DNA of 64,000 nt from the human T2T-CHM13v2.0 reference genome, Homo sapiens. Positions 44,978 through 61,090 of this stretch are shown one piece after another. Each line of letters starts with the position of its first letter. Within the stretch, counting starts at the first letter, position 1. The translations under genes and the position numbers were made by a program. The stretch is taken from NCBI RefSeq assembly GCF_009914755.1, contig NC_060926.1; one strand, written 5' to 3'. The notes beneath the pieces are model-generated. The model saw only the letters and a program-made list of their open reading frames with translations. It had not been told where the DNA came from and did not search any database.

Positions 44978-45709
44978 TGAAGAAGAAAATATGTGACTAT
45001 GTAGTAGGAAGACTTTAAAAATATGCCACATTGAATTCAAGTGAAAGTGCCTGCCCTTACATGACATTAAGACTTCCTTTTACCTCAATACTGGCATAAA
45101 ACTAGAAATAAAAAATAAATGCTTTGTGAACCAGGAAGGAATAGTTACCACTCGTGGCTGCCCGTACACCATAGTTAAGTGGACACTTTCTTGCAAAGTC
45201 CTTTTAATCTAAAGTTGTATTTAAAATAAAAAGCTATTAATAAGTCTGTTCATCTAATTTTACCTTAAACTTTCATTTCAGCTTGTTTTAGTAGATAGCA
45301 GATTGGGAAATATGAAGTAGGTGGCTGCTAAAAGCTGTTGGACTAAAAATTTGCAACTGAAAACAGTGGAAGAATCAGTAGAATTACTAACTCAATATAC
45401 TCTGGCAGTGGCCTGAAACCTCAATATTCCCTGACATAATAGTATTAATAATTGATGTTAGTTCAAATCTAATGGGTCAAATTATATTTAAAAGATTCTG
45501 TTAATACAAAATAGAGAAGTAGACATACTTTTTAGGAAAATTCTTATGCAAAACTATTTTTAAGGTTATAAATTTTAGTGCTTAGGTGGTAAGCATAGGT
45601 ATTTGGAAAATTGTCTTATACTGAGTACTTTATTTGCCAGTAATTACTGATAAAAGCTTGATGCTCATAGTTAGAATGTATTCAGTTTATTTCTAAGATA
45701 TTGTACTAG

Positions 45710-47110
45710 ACTATTTTTAGGGCAGTTTTAGGTTTACAGAAAAATTATGCAGAAAACACAGAGTCCTGTATACCCCTCTCTCCACTCCTGCAGTTTCACT
45801 ATTATTAATATCTTGCATTAGTATGATACTTTTGTAACATTTGATGAGCCAATATTGAGCCATCATTTAGTGAAATATGTTAAGATTCACTATTCATCAT
45901 GCTGTAAAGTGCTATGGGTTTGACAAATGCATAATGCCATGTATTTATCATTACAGGATCACACAGAATAGTTGCCCTGCCCTAAAAATGCCCTGTGTTC
46001 CACCTACCCATCCCTCCTCATGTCTTCCCCTGAGCCCCTGACAACCACTGATCTTTTTATTGTCTCTCTAGTCCTGTTATTGTTGGAATCATAGAGTATG
46101 TATGTAGTCTTTTTTGTACTGGCTTCTTTTATGCATATGCGCTTAAAGTTCCTTCATGTTTTTTCATGGCTCAGTAACTCATTTCTTTATATAGCTGAAC
46201 AATATTCTATTGTATGTACCACAATTTGTTTATCCATTCACCTATTGAAGGACATATTGGTTGCTTCCAATTTTTGGCAATTATGAATAAAGCTGCTATA
46301 AACATTGTGTGCAGGTTCTTACATAGACATACGTTTCCAACTCATTTGGGTAAATGTAATACCTAGGAGTGCAATTGCTGGTTCATCTGGTAAGCCTATG
46401 TTTAGCTTTGTATGAAGCTGCCAACCTGTCTTGCAGAATGACTGTATCGTTTGCATGCCCATCAGCAAGGAATAAGAGTTATGGTTGCTGCATATCCTCA
46501 CCGGCATTTGGTCTTGTCAGTGTTTTGAATTTTTGCCATTCCAATGGGTATGTAGTGGCATCCTGTTTTGATTTGCAATCCCTAATGATATAATGACACT
46601 GAGAATCTTCTCATGTGTTTATTTGCCATCTGTATATCTCCTTTGGTGAGTTATCTGTTAGACTTTTACCCCATTTTGTAACTGGGTTATTTCTTATTGT
46701 TATGTTTTAAGACTTCTTTGTATATTTTGGATACCAGTCCTTTATCAAAGATGTGTTATGCAATTATTTTCCCCTGCTCTATAGCTTATCTTTTTATGCT
46801 CTTAGCTGTCTTTCACAGAGAAGGAACTTTTAATGAAGTCCAATATATCAATTTTTTTCTTTCATGGATTGTACTGTTAGAATTGTATCTAAAAAGTCGA
46901 CAAACCCAAGTCACTAAGATTTTCTCTTGTATCATCTTCTAAGAGATTTTATAGGTTTTCATTTTACATTTAGGTCTTTGATCTATTTTGAGCTAATTTT
47001 CATGAAAGGTATGAGATCTGTATCCAGATGAATTTCTTCTTGGCATGTGGATGTCCAGTGTTTCCAGCACCATTTGTTGAAAAGACAATCCTTTCTCCTT
47101 TGGATTGCCA
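45710..47110 (-). mobile_element. L1MB/L1MC-type 3' fragment
   Basis: gcagttttaggtttacagaaaa; gaataaagctgctataaacatt; ccagcaccatttgttgaaaagac. Confidence 0.85.
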
Positions 47111-47259
47111 TTTAACATTATTTTTTACTGGGGAAGTCTTATTCTTAATTCTTGGTTCTATGATAAAGTCTTGAATTTTGATTAAGCTCTGTCAAAGACT
47201 TGCAGAAGTACTATGCTAGTCAAACATGGGCATTCTGAGGGTATGTGAAATAGAAAGGG

Positions 47260-47655
47260 TGTATTAGTTTGCTGGGCTGCCATAACAAAATCCTAAAGAC
47301 TTGGTGGTATAAACAGAAATTTATTTGTTGAAGTTCTGGAGGCTTGAAGTCCAAGATCAAGTTGTTAGCAGATTTGGTTTCTTCTGAGGCCTTTCTCCTT
47401 GGCTTGCAGGTGTCCGCCTTCTAACTGGGTCCTCACATGCTCTTTTATTTGTGTGTACCCATCCCTGGTGTCTCTGTGTGTCCAAATCTCTTCTAATCAG
47501 GATATGGTCAGATTGCATTAGGGTCCACCCCAATGGCTTCATTTTAATTTAATCACCTGTTGAAAGGCCCTGTCTCCAAATAGAGTCTCATTGTGAGGTA
47601 GCAGATGTTGGGCTTCAACATAAGAATTTTGGAAGACACAATTCAGCCTATGACA
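47260..47655 (-). mobile_element. MLT1A-type solo LTR
   Basis: tgtattagtttgctgggctgccataacaaa...gacacaattcagcctatgaca. Confidence 0.85.
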
Positions 47656-48334
47656 GAGGGTTATATACAGATAGGAGAAGTGTGGTATTTATCTTCCTAA
47701 GAGATAATAAATATATATAAAATAGATACAAAATCTGGATGTGATAAACATTAAATAGATTAACTTATTGCCCTTAATAGTACTTCAGAAACAAATACTT
47801 CATTAGTAAATGATTCTCTTTGTAATGTACTTTTGTACGGCACATTGTAGGTATATCACGTATAAAAGAGGAAAATGTCTCTTTTTAAAAGTGGCCGTTC
47901 TTTAAAAAGGTGGCCAGCTGAATGCTTTCAAGCCTACATAATGGGGGTGATTAAAACAATTTAAAAGAGTGAAATATTTAATTCTGACATTTGACAGTAA
48001 TGCAACTAAAATTTAAATGAGTTGATGTCCTGGGTATTTTGAAACTTTCAAGGAATAAATTATATCTTGAACAAATTATAGTACCTAATTTGATATAAAG
48101 TTTAGGAAAGTATATTAAGCTACTCTATATGATAAAGTAATTATAATCTGATACTAAAATCTGAAAAAATATAACCACAAATAAAATGGCTCATTCTTAC
48201 ATAAGATTGTAATATTTAACTTATCATTGGATAAGTAAGCAATTTCTAAGCTTAAAAAGAATAAAATTATAAAATGGTCAATAGATTTGACCACATAAGA
48301 ATACTTCTATATATAAAAAGCAAAACTAATAAAG

Positions 48335-48682
48335 CAGCAGTCCCTAACCTTTTTGGCACTAGGGACCAGTTTCTTGGAAGACAGTTTTTCCATGGGGTTG
48401 TGGGGGTTGAGGGGAATGGTTTTGGGATGAAACTGTTCCACCTCAAATCATCAGGCATTAGTTAGATTCTCATAAGAAGCGTGCAACCTAGATCCCTTGC
48501 ATGCACAGTTCACAATAGGGTTCACAGTCCTATGAGAATCTAATGCTGCCACTAATCTGACAGGAGGCGGAGCCCAGGTGGTAGAGCTGGTACACCCACT
48601 GCCCACCTGCTGCTGGGTGGCCTGGTTCCTAACAAGCCATGGAGTAGTACCAGTCTGTGGCCCCAGGGGTTGGCGACCCCTG
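48335..48682 (+). mobile_element. MER1B hAT-Charlie element
   Basis: cagcagtccctaacctttttggcac...ggggttggcgacccctg; 8-bp TSD TAATAA(A/G)G. Confidence 0.9.
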
Positions 48683-48745
48683 TAATAAGGTATTATAACA
48701 CAAATAGGCAAAGTGTTAATAGTTTTCCCTTTTAAAGAATTTAAC

Positions 48746-49270
48746 AGCCTGGGCAACATGGCAAAACCCCATTTCTGGAAAAAAAAAGAAAAAAGAAAAA
48801 AAGCCAGGCACAGTGGTGTACACCTGTGGTCCCAGCTACTTAGGAGGCTGAGGTGGGAGGATCACTTGAGCCTGGGAGGTCGAGGCTGCAGCGATCATGC
48901 CACTGCACTCCAGCCTGGGCCACAGAGTGAGATCCTGTCTCCAAAACCCACCCACAAAAACTTAAAACTGCCAGGCATGGTGGCTCATACCTGTAATCTC
49001 AGCACTTTAGGAGGCTGAGGCAGGAGGATTGCCTGAGCCCAGGAGTTTGAGACCAGCCTTGGTAACAAAGTGAGACCCTGGCTCAACAACAAATTTTTTA
49101 AATTAGCTGGGCATGGTGGCACACTCCTTTAGTACCAGGTACTCAGGAGGCTGAGGCGGGAGGATCACTTGAGTTGGGGGAGGTCAAGACTGCAGTGAGC
49201 CATGGTTGCACCATTGCACTCAGCCTGGCTGACACAGTGAGACCCAGTCTCAAAAACAAAAACAAAAACA
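48746..49270 (+). mobile_element. Two adjacent AluJ copies (partial 48746-48945; full 48970-49270)
   Basis: J diagnostics in both. Confidence 0.88.
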
Positions 49271-49933
49271 GTAAAATTGTCTAAAAGTGCCCAAAAAACA
49301 ATGGACAAAAGATAAGTATGACAGTTTATTACATAAATATATATAAAGAGTTGATAACTATATTAGAAGATATTTAATCTCACAGTAACCAAAGAAATCC
49401 AAAATTATTAAGATGTTAGTTTTCATTTATTGGATCAGAAGAGATTTAAGAAAATTTTAATACATAGTACTGATGAGATTTATTCAAATACTATTGATAA
49501 GGTAATAATTGGAAAATTATGAAGGTAATAATTGAAAAAAGATTCTTATAGGAATTTATCTTAATGAAATAATCAGAAATGTAAGGAAAGATCTATTCAC
49601 AAGTATGTTCAGGAGAGCAGTATTTACAGTAGTGAAAAATTGGAAAAACCCTCATGTCAAAGATCAAGGATATGATTTAAAAAGTTATGCATTTCCAAAA
49701 TGAGCAATCTTGTAACAGTCATATCCCAACACATTTTTTACCTCTTTTAACCTTTAAAAAATGTTTTAAAAATTATAAAATATATTATCCATAGAGAAAA
49801 AAATGTGTACAATTTAGAAAACAGGTATAGTATACTCTTAATGTCATCTACGCTGGGGTTTTAAAATAGGATTTCTTTCAGTTTCACATCACTTCTTAAA
49901 AGGAATAGCATTCTCTGCAATTCCCATTTCAAT

Positions 49934-50017
49934 TGGAAAGGATCTCTTTACCTAATAATAAAAGAGACTCTTATTAATGGAAAGGATCTCTTTACCTAAT
50001 AATAAAAGAGACTCTTA
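49934..50017. repeat. Perfect 40-bp direct duplication
   Basis: TGGAAAGGATCTCTTTACCTAATAATAAAAGAGACTCTTA twice, separated by TTAA. Confidence 0.95.
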
Positions 50018-50059
50018 ACCTTCTTTATATTTTATGTGATTCTTTTTATAGTCACTTAT

Positions 50060-50915
50060 TGACAGAAATAAGGTCAGTGTGCCTCCAAAACAGGGAAGAA
50101 AAAAAAAAAGTGTGTTTTTCTACTCTCACATACCTCGCAGCAGAACACTTCTGACACCTGAAGACACACCAAGAAATTCTGTTCTTCAGTGGACACCAGT
50201 TGAGTGTCCTGTAATTCAATTCAGTCCTGACACTGACACTATCTACCTGAAGACAGGTGAGGACTCAGTCTCACAAGATTGCCCCCCACTTTAGATGCCA
50301 ATTGCAAGCCCCAAGTTGTCCTTCTGACTGACTTGCAAAAAATCGATGTTCCCATGATGCCCCTCTGCAAGTTGAAATAATTTGCTGGAACAGCTCAGAG
50401 AATTCAGAGAAACGCTTCACTTGCATTTACCCATTTGTTATAGAGGATATTACAAAAGATACAGTTGAGCAGCCAGATGGAAGCGATGCATAGAGCAAGG
50501 CATGTGGGAAGGGACGCAGGCCCTTTCTGGGGCTAACCACCTTCCAAGCACCTCCATGTGTTCAGCTGTCCAGAAGCACTCTGAACCCAGTTCTTTTGAA
50601 TTTTTATGGCGGCCTCATTACATAGGCATGATTGATTAAATCATTGGCCATTGATGATCAACTTACCTTTCAGCCCTTCTCCCCTCGTTAGAGGTTGAGA
50701 GGAGGGGCTAGAAGTCCCAGTCCTCTAGTCATGCCTTGATCTTTCTGGGGACCAGCCCCCATCCACAGCTACCTACCTTCCCCCACCCCCCAGCCAATCA
50801 GTCATTAGCACACAAAAGACACTCTTATGAGGTGATTCCAAGTTTTTTATGAGCTGTGTGCCAGGAACGAGGGTCAGAAATGAAATATATATTTCTTATT
50901 ATATCACAATAGCAC
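50060..50915. mobile_element. MER21-family ERV LTR
   Basis: cagaacacttctgacacc, gatgccaattgcaagcccc, tgattaaatcattggccattg, ...ttattatatcacaatagcaca. Confidence 0.75.
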
Positions 50916-51576
50916 AGTACCCAAATTCTTTGAGTGTCGGTTTGGTCTGCTACTTAATGGTTACTTCATTATTTGTTTAGACCTCTAAATTCCAAAATAG
51001 AATGAAAACAGTTTTCAGAGCGATGTGTATAATACTGCAGGATAAAAAATATGTAGATAAATCAAAATACAGGAAAATAAGAGTTGAAAATAAAGTCAGA
51101 AAATATAGAAATACAGAAAATACACACTAAGGTAAGATACTAGTGTTTTTCAAACTTTTTTTGACAATCCATTGTTGGACATATATTTTACACTGCAACA
51201 CACATACATATACACAAACATTTCCCAAAGCAGCACTTACCCTTACTACTTGCATGCACTCTGATATTTTCTTTCTACTCTTTTATTTTTTCCTTTTTCT
51301 GAGTGCTTCTTTCAATTTACTAATGGATTTTGACCTCCAGTTTAGAAAACAGACCTAAATTATAGGAGGATGGGTGCAATAAGTTTGATCTACATTCCTT
51401 AGGAGGTAATCCTAGGCAATCTAGGGAGAAACAAAAGCTTGTTTCTGAGTAGTCATAAATGAATTAAGACTGTTTGGGGGTGAGATGGCATGTCTGATAA
51501 ACTTCTCAGGTAACTTTGATCTTTGTTAAACTAGTATGATCAATTGGTCTTGCCTAACTGCAGTGTTGCTTTGTAG

Positions 51577-51729
<153 letters not shown>

Positions 51730-52394
51730 TGAAACCAAACAAAAACTGATATTTTACCTATAAACTTAAAATTTTACTAATTGCCTCTAGATTTATTAAA
51801 ATATTTACTTTTTGTTAGCAATATGTTAACAATCTTACTACAGTTTTTTTTAAGTTAGTGCAAAATAAGAAAGACCCTAATGTCATTATTCAACACTCTT
51901 AATTTATGAATCAGAGAGCTAAGGACTAGAGAGGTTAATTTACCTCAGGCTTTATAGAGGTGAACTCTTAGCTCCTAAGAGAAAGATAAAGTATTTTTCC
52001 CTTATACCATACAATCTCTGTTATAGACATTGATTTTGGAAGGCATTGCCCTGGTCTCATGCTGTATATGTCTGACATGGATAGAAAATAAAGTCTAAAG
52101 CGATCTAACACTGGAAGCATATCAATAAGTAAAACAATCAGGACTATATTTACACTGCTGTTTTCAATTATCATTATTTATTTTAACATGATATTTTGCC
52201 TTCATATTTGTTATTTGAAGTACCTACAAATAATTTAGAATACTTTAAATTCTAACCAAGTCAGTTCATATTTTCATATTTTAATATAATTGGATGACAT
52301 AATCTTTATTATTTTAACCAATGGAAAAAGTTTCCCTTCATAACTGAATTATAACAAGGATTCTACTTTAGGAATTGCAAATGATCCTTTGTTG

Positions 52395-52565
52395 CTGTAA
52401 CTTGCAATGCCAATATGGTAGCCATTAGCCACATATGGCTATTCAAATTAGTTAAATAAAAGATTTATTTTTTCACACTAGCCACATTCAGGTGCTCAGT
52501 AGCCACTTGTGGCTAGTGGATTATTGCATTGGAGAGTGCACAGAAGGTTCTATTGGATGGCACTG
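52395..52565. mobile_element. MER3-like hAT-Charlie MITE
   Basis: atggtagccattagccacatatggctatt...tagccacttgtggctagtg...ttctattgga. Confidence 0.75.
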
Positions 52566-52638
52566 CTCCAAGACCGCATTCTGTTGAGATTTTAACTGTA
52601 ACATAGACTAACTTCTTGTTGCTTCTCAGTGACATTAA

Positions 52639-52938
<300 letters not shown>

Positions 52939-54026
52939 TAAAGTGGCCAGTGTTATTGGTATTTCCCACAGTGCTGTATGTAAAACATTGCAGATTTCCC
53001 TTCTACCTGCAGTACTGAGATAGAGAAGGATTGTTGTTAATAATATATTTGACCCTGTTAATTGTAAACTATTCCTTATTTGTTTTTTTCCAGGTTGTTT
53101 GTGGACCTGGGAATATTTGGTTTCTAGACATCTGGCTTGAATATTGGGCAAAAAAAGTAAAACAATAGATTGAATATTTGATAATAGAATATTAGTAAGG
53201 TAGTAAGGCCATGAATCGTTGATGACTTATGGATTCTGTCAGTTCATCATGTCAGATTCTCCATTCTTCATGTTATCAATCTATTTTGGTTAACCTATAT
53301 TTGTAGAGATGGATAGTTGTAAGGTACCTTTAAGAGAGCTTAGATTAATCTCCTCTTTTTATAGATGAGTCCTCAAAGATGACAGAGCTAGGAAAGGAAG
53401 GAGCCTAGACTTGATCCCAAGGTGTTCGGTCATATTTCTTCTAACCCATCAGCCTTTTATCATACTACTGTTGCTAGTACTTCATTATAAAGCAGTTTCC
53501 AGGTAGTCTCAATGACAGAGGTCACAGAGTTACAGGGCAGTGCTTCATGTGATTAATACATCATGGTTTACACTGAACTTTCACATAAACTATTTCATTC
53601 AGTACTCAAAGCTATCCTTCCAGAGTTACAAAAGGAAAAAATGGCAAAGTAAGACCTAGACCTGGATCTTCTAACTCCAAGCCGAGTGTACTCTCCAGTT
53701 CACCTTCTGTGCTCTATGGCTGCTGTAATGGGGGCAGAGAATACCAAAAAGGAAATGGAAATTATAAAAAATATAGAGCAAGAGTAATCTATTCAATGTT
53801 TTGACTTACTGCTTTTAGCAGAAAGTATTCCCTTTTCTTATAGTAGTGAATTACTGTGTGAAGTTCTCACCGACAATGCCCCTGGATAATTTTCTGTCTT
53901 TCTGTAATTGTGTGCCTACAAAAATACATGTATATTTTATGGTGCTGCCACATTGTCTCATTTGAGCACTGCAACAACCTGTCAGAAAGATAAGAAAATA
54001 CACACATTCTATAGAAGATACAAAAG

Positions 54027-54330
54027 GGGTTGAGCGTGGTGGCTCAGCCTGTAATCCCAGCACTTGGGGAGGCCCAGGCAGGCGGATCATGAGGTCAGGA
54101 GATTGAGACCATCCTGGCTAACACGGTGAAACCCCATCTCTACTGAAAATACAAAAAATTAGCCAAGTGTGGTGGCACGCGCCTGTAGTCCCAGCTACTT
54201 GGGAGGCTGAAACAGAGAATCGCTTGAACCCAGGAGGCTGAGGTTGCAGTGAGCCGAGATCGTGCCATTGCACTCCAGCCTGGGCGACAGAGCAAAACTC
54301 CATCTAAAAAAAAAAAAAAAAAAAAAAAAA
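54027..54330 (+). mobile_element. AluSc-type
   Basis: Full dimer; TSD AGAAGATA(C/T)AAAAGG. Confidence 0.93.
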
Positions 54331-55843
54331 GAAGATATAAAAGGATCCACACTGACTGTACCCAAAGACCCACAGCAAGTAGAATAGCTGGGCCTAAAAC
54401 AGGTATCTATTATATTAGTTGGCCCTCTGAATTTTTATGTTACTTTCTTGTTGGATTAATGCTTTATTTTTGAATTTTGTAAAGAGTTTGTGCAACACCA
54501 TTAAAAAATGAAGATTAAAACAACAATAATTCAAACTGACATGAGGAAAAGGAAGCCTGTCTGAATGCCAGCTAGGTGCATAATATTGAATTATAGACTT
54601 GACATATATGCAATTTTATTACTTTAAGGTACAAGTAGTTGTTTGAGCTACATTAATAAAAGGAATGCCTTTAAATATTTGCTTCAATGAATTAAAACAT
54701 GTAATTGTTTATCAACAATAAGCATTTATATACAGAGTTATAGTACTTAAGATGAATAAATTGTTCTTCAAAGTAAGATAAACACTCCCCTTTCATTCTT
54801 AACTTTGGTTAGTAGAATTTTCCCGAAGTCATATAGTTCATCTTTTTTACCCTTCATGTATTTTAAATTCGAGTTTATTCTGATGAATTGTGGATTCATG
54901 TGTTCAAAAAGTACAGTTTTTCTAAGGTATATCCTATATAAAATATCAGTTTTTATGTGTTTTATGATTTCTGGCTTTAGAATATTTAAGTGAAACAAGA
55001 CTGATATGAATTTTTCTGTGAAGGCAAAACATTACTCTCAGATAAGTTTACACTTTTTGGCTACTAGTATATAATACCAAACTGTTCCACAATTTTCTGT
55101 CTTTGGTTTTCTTTTCACTGTACATGCTCTGAGTGGTTTCAAATCTTTTTTTCTGTACAAAATCATCCTCCTGAGTTCTAGACCAGTATCTTACTGCCAA
55201 CTAAATATCTACATTTGGATGCCTTGCAGATATGTCAAAACACATAGAAAACTTGTGTTTCACTCATTCTATCCCCGAAACCTGCTCCATGCTGTGTATT
55301 CCCTATTTAGCTGAAGAGTCCACTGTTTACCCTGCTGCCCAAGTCTGAATGCCAGATGTTCTCCTTGTCTCATCTGTTGTTTTACCCCACCAGTAAGCCA
55401 TCAAGTCCAAAAGTGCTCTCTGTTTACTGTTTCACAGATCTGTTTTTCCTCTGTGTCTCTGTTGTCATGACCAGAGTCGGTCCTCATCGTCATTACTTTA
55501 TTGAATTGTCATTTACTCATATGTCAGTTACTTTAACAGCTACTAAATTCATCTCCTTGCCTTTATTGTACCTTTGTTACAGTGATCTTTCTAACAAAAA
55601 TCTTTTGATCATGCCCCTCCTCAGCTTAAAATCCTTCAGAGACCTCATTTACCATTGCAAATGACTGTGGACTAGTTTCTTGGTAATTCCATAACAGTTT
55701 CTAGTCTATAAAAATATTATAGAAATAGTTGGGTTCTCCTTATCTCTACAAAAAATAGACATAAAATATTTAAAGCTTCTCACTATGTGATTTTAATGTA
55801 GCAAGTTACTATTATCATAGTTATGTGGAATTTTTGTTTTTAG

Positions 55844-55887
55844 CTTCTAGAGATGACCTCATTTCCAAGTTGGTTGAAGAAAATAAG
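55844..55887 (+). CDS. CCDC150: CCDC150 exon 8 (SRDDLISKLVEENK)
   Basis: tttttAG acceptor, AAG|GTGAGT donor, 44 nt, restores phase 0. Confidence 0.92.
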
Positions 55888-56864
55888 GTGAGTTTTGAAG
55901 TTGTGGAGTACAGAGGTGGTCTTTCCTCTCTTCACTAAGTCCTATTTCCTCTTCCATGTTGGCTTACAGTGCTTCTTATTCTCATCAAAGTTTTATTTAA
56001 AAAGTTTCATGTAAATGAGTAGTATATTTAGGATAATAGTATTAGGAACTAAGAAATCATTTCATGAAGGTTATTAGAGTTTGAAAAATGTAATTTGGCA
56101 AAAATAAGACTTATTTGTGTTTTTTGCCTATTGTAAACTAATTGTTATAAAATAAACTTAATGAAATGTAAGAAATATAACTACTTTTTGGTGTTGGTGG
56201 TTGCACAACAGTATGAATGTGTTTAATGACACTACACACTTACAGTGATTTGAATGATAAATTTTGTCATGTATATTTTGCCATAATTTTTAAAATTAAA
56301 AACATAATGATTTTATATCTTACTACATTTGTAAGTCTGTTGATGTGTCGATTCTACTTCTTTTGGATGCTATCTCATCCTGTGTTATATGTTGTCTGTT
56401 TTTCTTGAGATGCTTCTCCTGGGAAAATAGAAGGGTAGTTCTTCCTCTGTAGGAAGAAGATTTATACTTTGTCCTTCCCCATTCTGCTAAGTACCTTTTA
56501 GGGAAAGCCCCACCTACAATGCACATCTGTATCACTTCTCTCATCTCAAAGAAAACTAGCTTTTTTTTTTTTTTTCTATAACCACAGAACAAAGGTGTTT
56601 TCTTCTGCTCCACTCTCAGGTCCTTGTTTTTGAAAATATCTTCACTTATAACTTTAAAAGATCCTTGAATGTGTTCCTTTGAAGTCATAAGATCTTACTG
56701 CTAATAGGAAAAAATGTGTATGTATAATAATATAACAAATATTTAATCTTAGGGAGTAGAACTGTGATATAAAGATACTAGGTTTATTTAGGCTATGGTT
56801 TTAGGCAAATTCTAACTGGAATCTCAATATAAGAATGGATTTAATAAACAGTTTTCAAAAAATA

Positions 56865-58140
<1,276 letters not shown>

Positions 58141-58354
58141 TAAACAGTTTTGATAAATAGTTTTGAAATAAACAGAAGTTTAGGAGTTGAAGATACCAAG
58201 ATTTTTATACATTCTTTATAAGACATTTATAAAGTTCCAGTGTATGTCATTGGAACTTGAACTTGTACTGGCCGAAATACAAAACAGTTATTTTTATAGG
58301 TGTGCACATAGTATCTCTTATATGTGAAAAAGAGAGTAATTTTTTTTCTTATAG

Positions 58355-58474
<120 letters not shown>

Positions 58475-59149
58475 TAGATGTTATTTAATTTTGTTCAATT
58501 AAATAACCAAGAAACAAAATTAGTCTTGATTATATAAATTCATACCATCTCCATCACCCAACTTTTCATTTCCATAAGATTTATTTCATCTTTGAAACAT
58601 TATCAAATTAACTACGTTTCTCATTTCGCTCTCCAAATTCCTATGATATATAAGTATACAAGATGTACCACTATAATTATGCACTAGTTTACACTTTGCC
58701 TTTGCTTGCTTTCTAATTTGCTCATTAAATATATGTATTTCCCCCTCCAAAGTGAACTTCTGAATAATTCCATGGCAAGGGCTATGTCTTATACTTTCTT
58801 TGTATCTTCTATAGTAAATAATTATACAGTAGGAACCTAACAAATGCTTGCTGGATTTTGAAGTTAGATGTAATCATTTCTGGGATGGTGATTCCCAAAT
58901 TTAGCTGATGTTTTATATATATGTGCATCTGCAACAAAAAGTCACCAGATATGCAGTCAAATTGGAGTTACTTATCACAGAGCCAAAAGAAGTGTTTATC
59001 ATTTAAAATAACTTTTCTCTTGGTACAATTTGATTGTCTCAATATTAGGATCATAGTGTTGCTGGGCTCTGTGTATAATAAAAATAACGAAGTATAAAAT
59101 GAATGTGTTTTTAAATATAATAACATCAACTACTATTACTCTTTCTATA

Positions 59150-59365
59150 CTAATAGTAGGTAACATTTTTACTGAGCCCCTTCTACATTCCAGGCACAAT
59201 TCCAGGCACCTTATATTAGTAACAAATTGTAATCCTCACAATAGCCCTATGAAATGGAAACTTATTCACATTTTAAAGATAAGGAAGCTGATGTACAGAG
59301 AAGTTCAGGAACATAGATAATAGGTGGCAGAGTTGGAATTTGAACTCAGGTAACCTGGCTCCAAA
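59150..59365 (-). mobile_element. MIR
   Basis: aatcctcacaatagccctatga...gataaggaagctga...ggaatttgaactcagg. Confidence 0.75.
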
Positions 59366-60250
59366 GAAAAGTAGCTATTTCTTTTCAAGGAGCAAGGGTT
59401 CTCTGTTTCGTCCCCAGGTATTCTTTGATGAATAGCTTGTACATCTGCATCTGGTGTGACTTTAAGCCCCTGAATTTGTTTCTAACTACTGTACTGCCTG
59501 CCCATACCACTTGTGATGTTTGCCAGATAATCTTTTATTTATCTTTTCTTTTACTCCATTTTATTTTTTGTGTGTTTTCTTCCTAGTGCTCTTTCAAAGT
59601 TGCTTGTTCTTGAAGAACTTGTTTAAAACATAAGATCTTTGCCAAATCTACCTTGCAAAAATAACTGATAATTGAGATAAATGTTTCTCTCAATAATACA
59701 AATTTCAAATTATGAAAAGAGAATTATTAACTACCTACATATATGATATATCTGTGTAGCTCAAACAATTTTTGTTTTATTTTGAAAGATTAATCTCGTG
59801 ATGGTAAAATCATCTATATTTTGCTTTTATGAATATTGTCAGCTGGTGGTGAAGGAGCTTAGGTATTTTGTGTTACCAGCTAAATAATTCTGAATGCTCA
59901 TGGATTTCTATAATATTGGCTAGGTACTGACATTGTAAATTCCATTTTGCAGATGTCTTGCTCTAATGAACCAGTGTTCAAATTTGTGAAGAATAGAAGA
60001 TCAGTAAAATGCCATATGCTTCAGTTGCTCTACCAAATCAACAAATCTCTTAATTTAGAATTATTTATGGTGTAGACTTTTAATATTTGGAAGTATTTTT
60101 TAAACTAATGACATGTGAATTGAGGATAGGTTAAATAGATTAGTTTCATATATACAGTGAGATACTATGCAATCATTAAAAATAATAATACATAAGTAAA
60201 AATAATTCTTTATTGGAGAGACCAATGACTTGCTGTGTGTGTTTTCTTAG

Positions 60251-60367
<117 letters not shown>

Positions 60368-60879
60368 TAACATGAAAGCCAACCAGAAAGCCAGCCTGGT
60401 TGATAGATCAGGAAATGTTTATGGCCAACTGGAGAAATAAAATATTTTAACAATAAATTTCAAAAAATCTACTGAATTATCTTAATTCTATTAGTGCTTT
60501 TCAATTTTCATCAGAGGGGTGATTTGGCCTTACACTCAGGGCTTTTCATGATTTCTTCTCAAATATCATCACTTGAGGAAAAATAATTATTTGTCCCATT
60601 GTTTATAGAATCATGGAGAACACGTATGACTAACCTTAAAGTACTTAACCTTTTCCTCAAACACCTTGCGATTTCTCCTTTTGCTTATGCCATTTTCTCT
60701 GCTGAGAATGCTTTTTACTTCATCTTCAATATCTGAAATTCTGTTTATTCTTTAAGAGTCACTTTCATCAGGCAGCTTGATCATCCCAACAGGAAGGGAT
60801 AAGTTTTCCCTTTCAACTTCTATTCCTGGGACACTAAACAGACCACCATAGTAATAGATCACTTTCTCTTTTTGTAAGC

Positions 60880-61090
60880 ATACTTACTATATATACTAAG
60901 CATTGTGCTAAGGATTTTACACATATTACCTCCTTTAATTGTAGCAGCCATTATGTAAAAGGATATTTATTATCCTCATTTTACAGATAAGAAAATGAGG
61001 GTTAGAGAAGTTCACTTGCCCAAATTCACCTAACTAGTAAGAGGTAGAGTTGTGTTTTAACCTAGGGTGACTCCAGAGTCAATGTATATA
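60880..61090 (-). mobile_element. MIR
   Basis: tatcctcattttacagataagaaaatgagg...cttgcccaa core. Confidence 0.75.
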
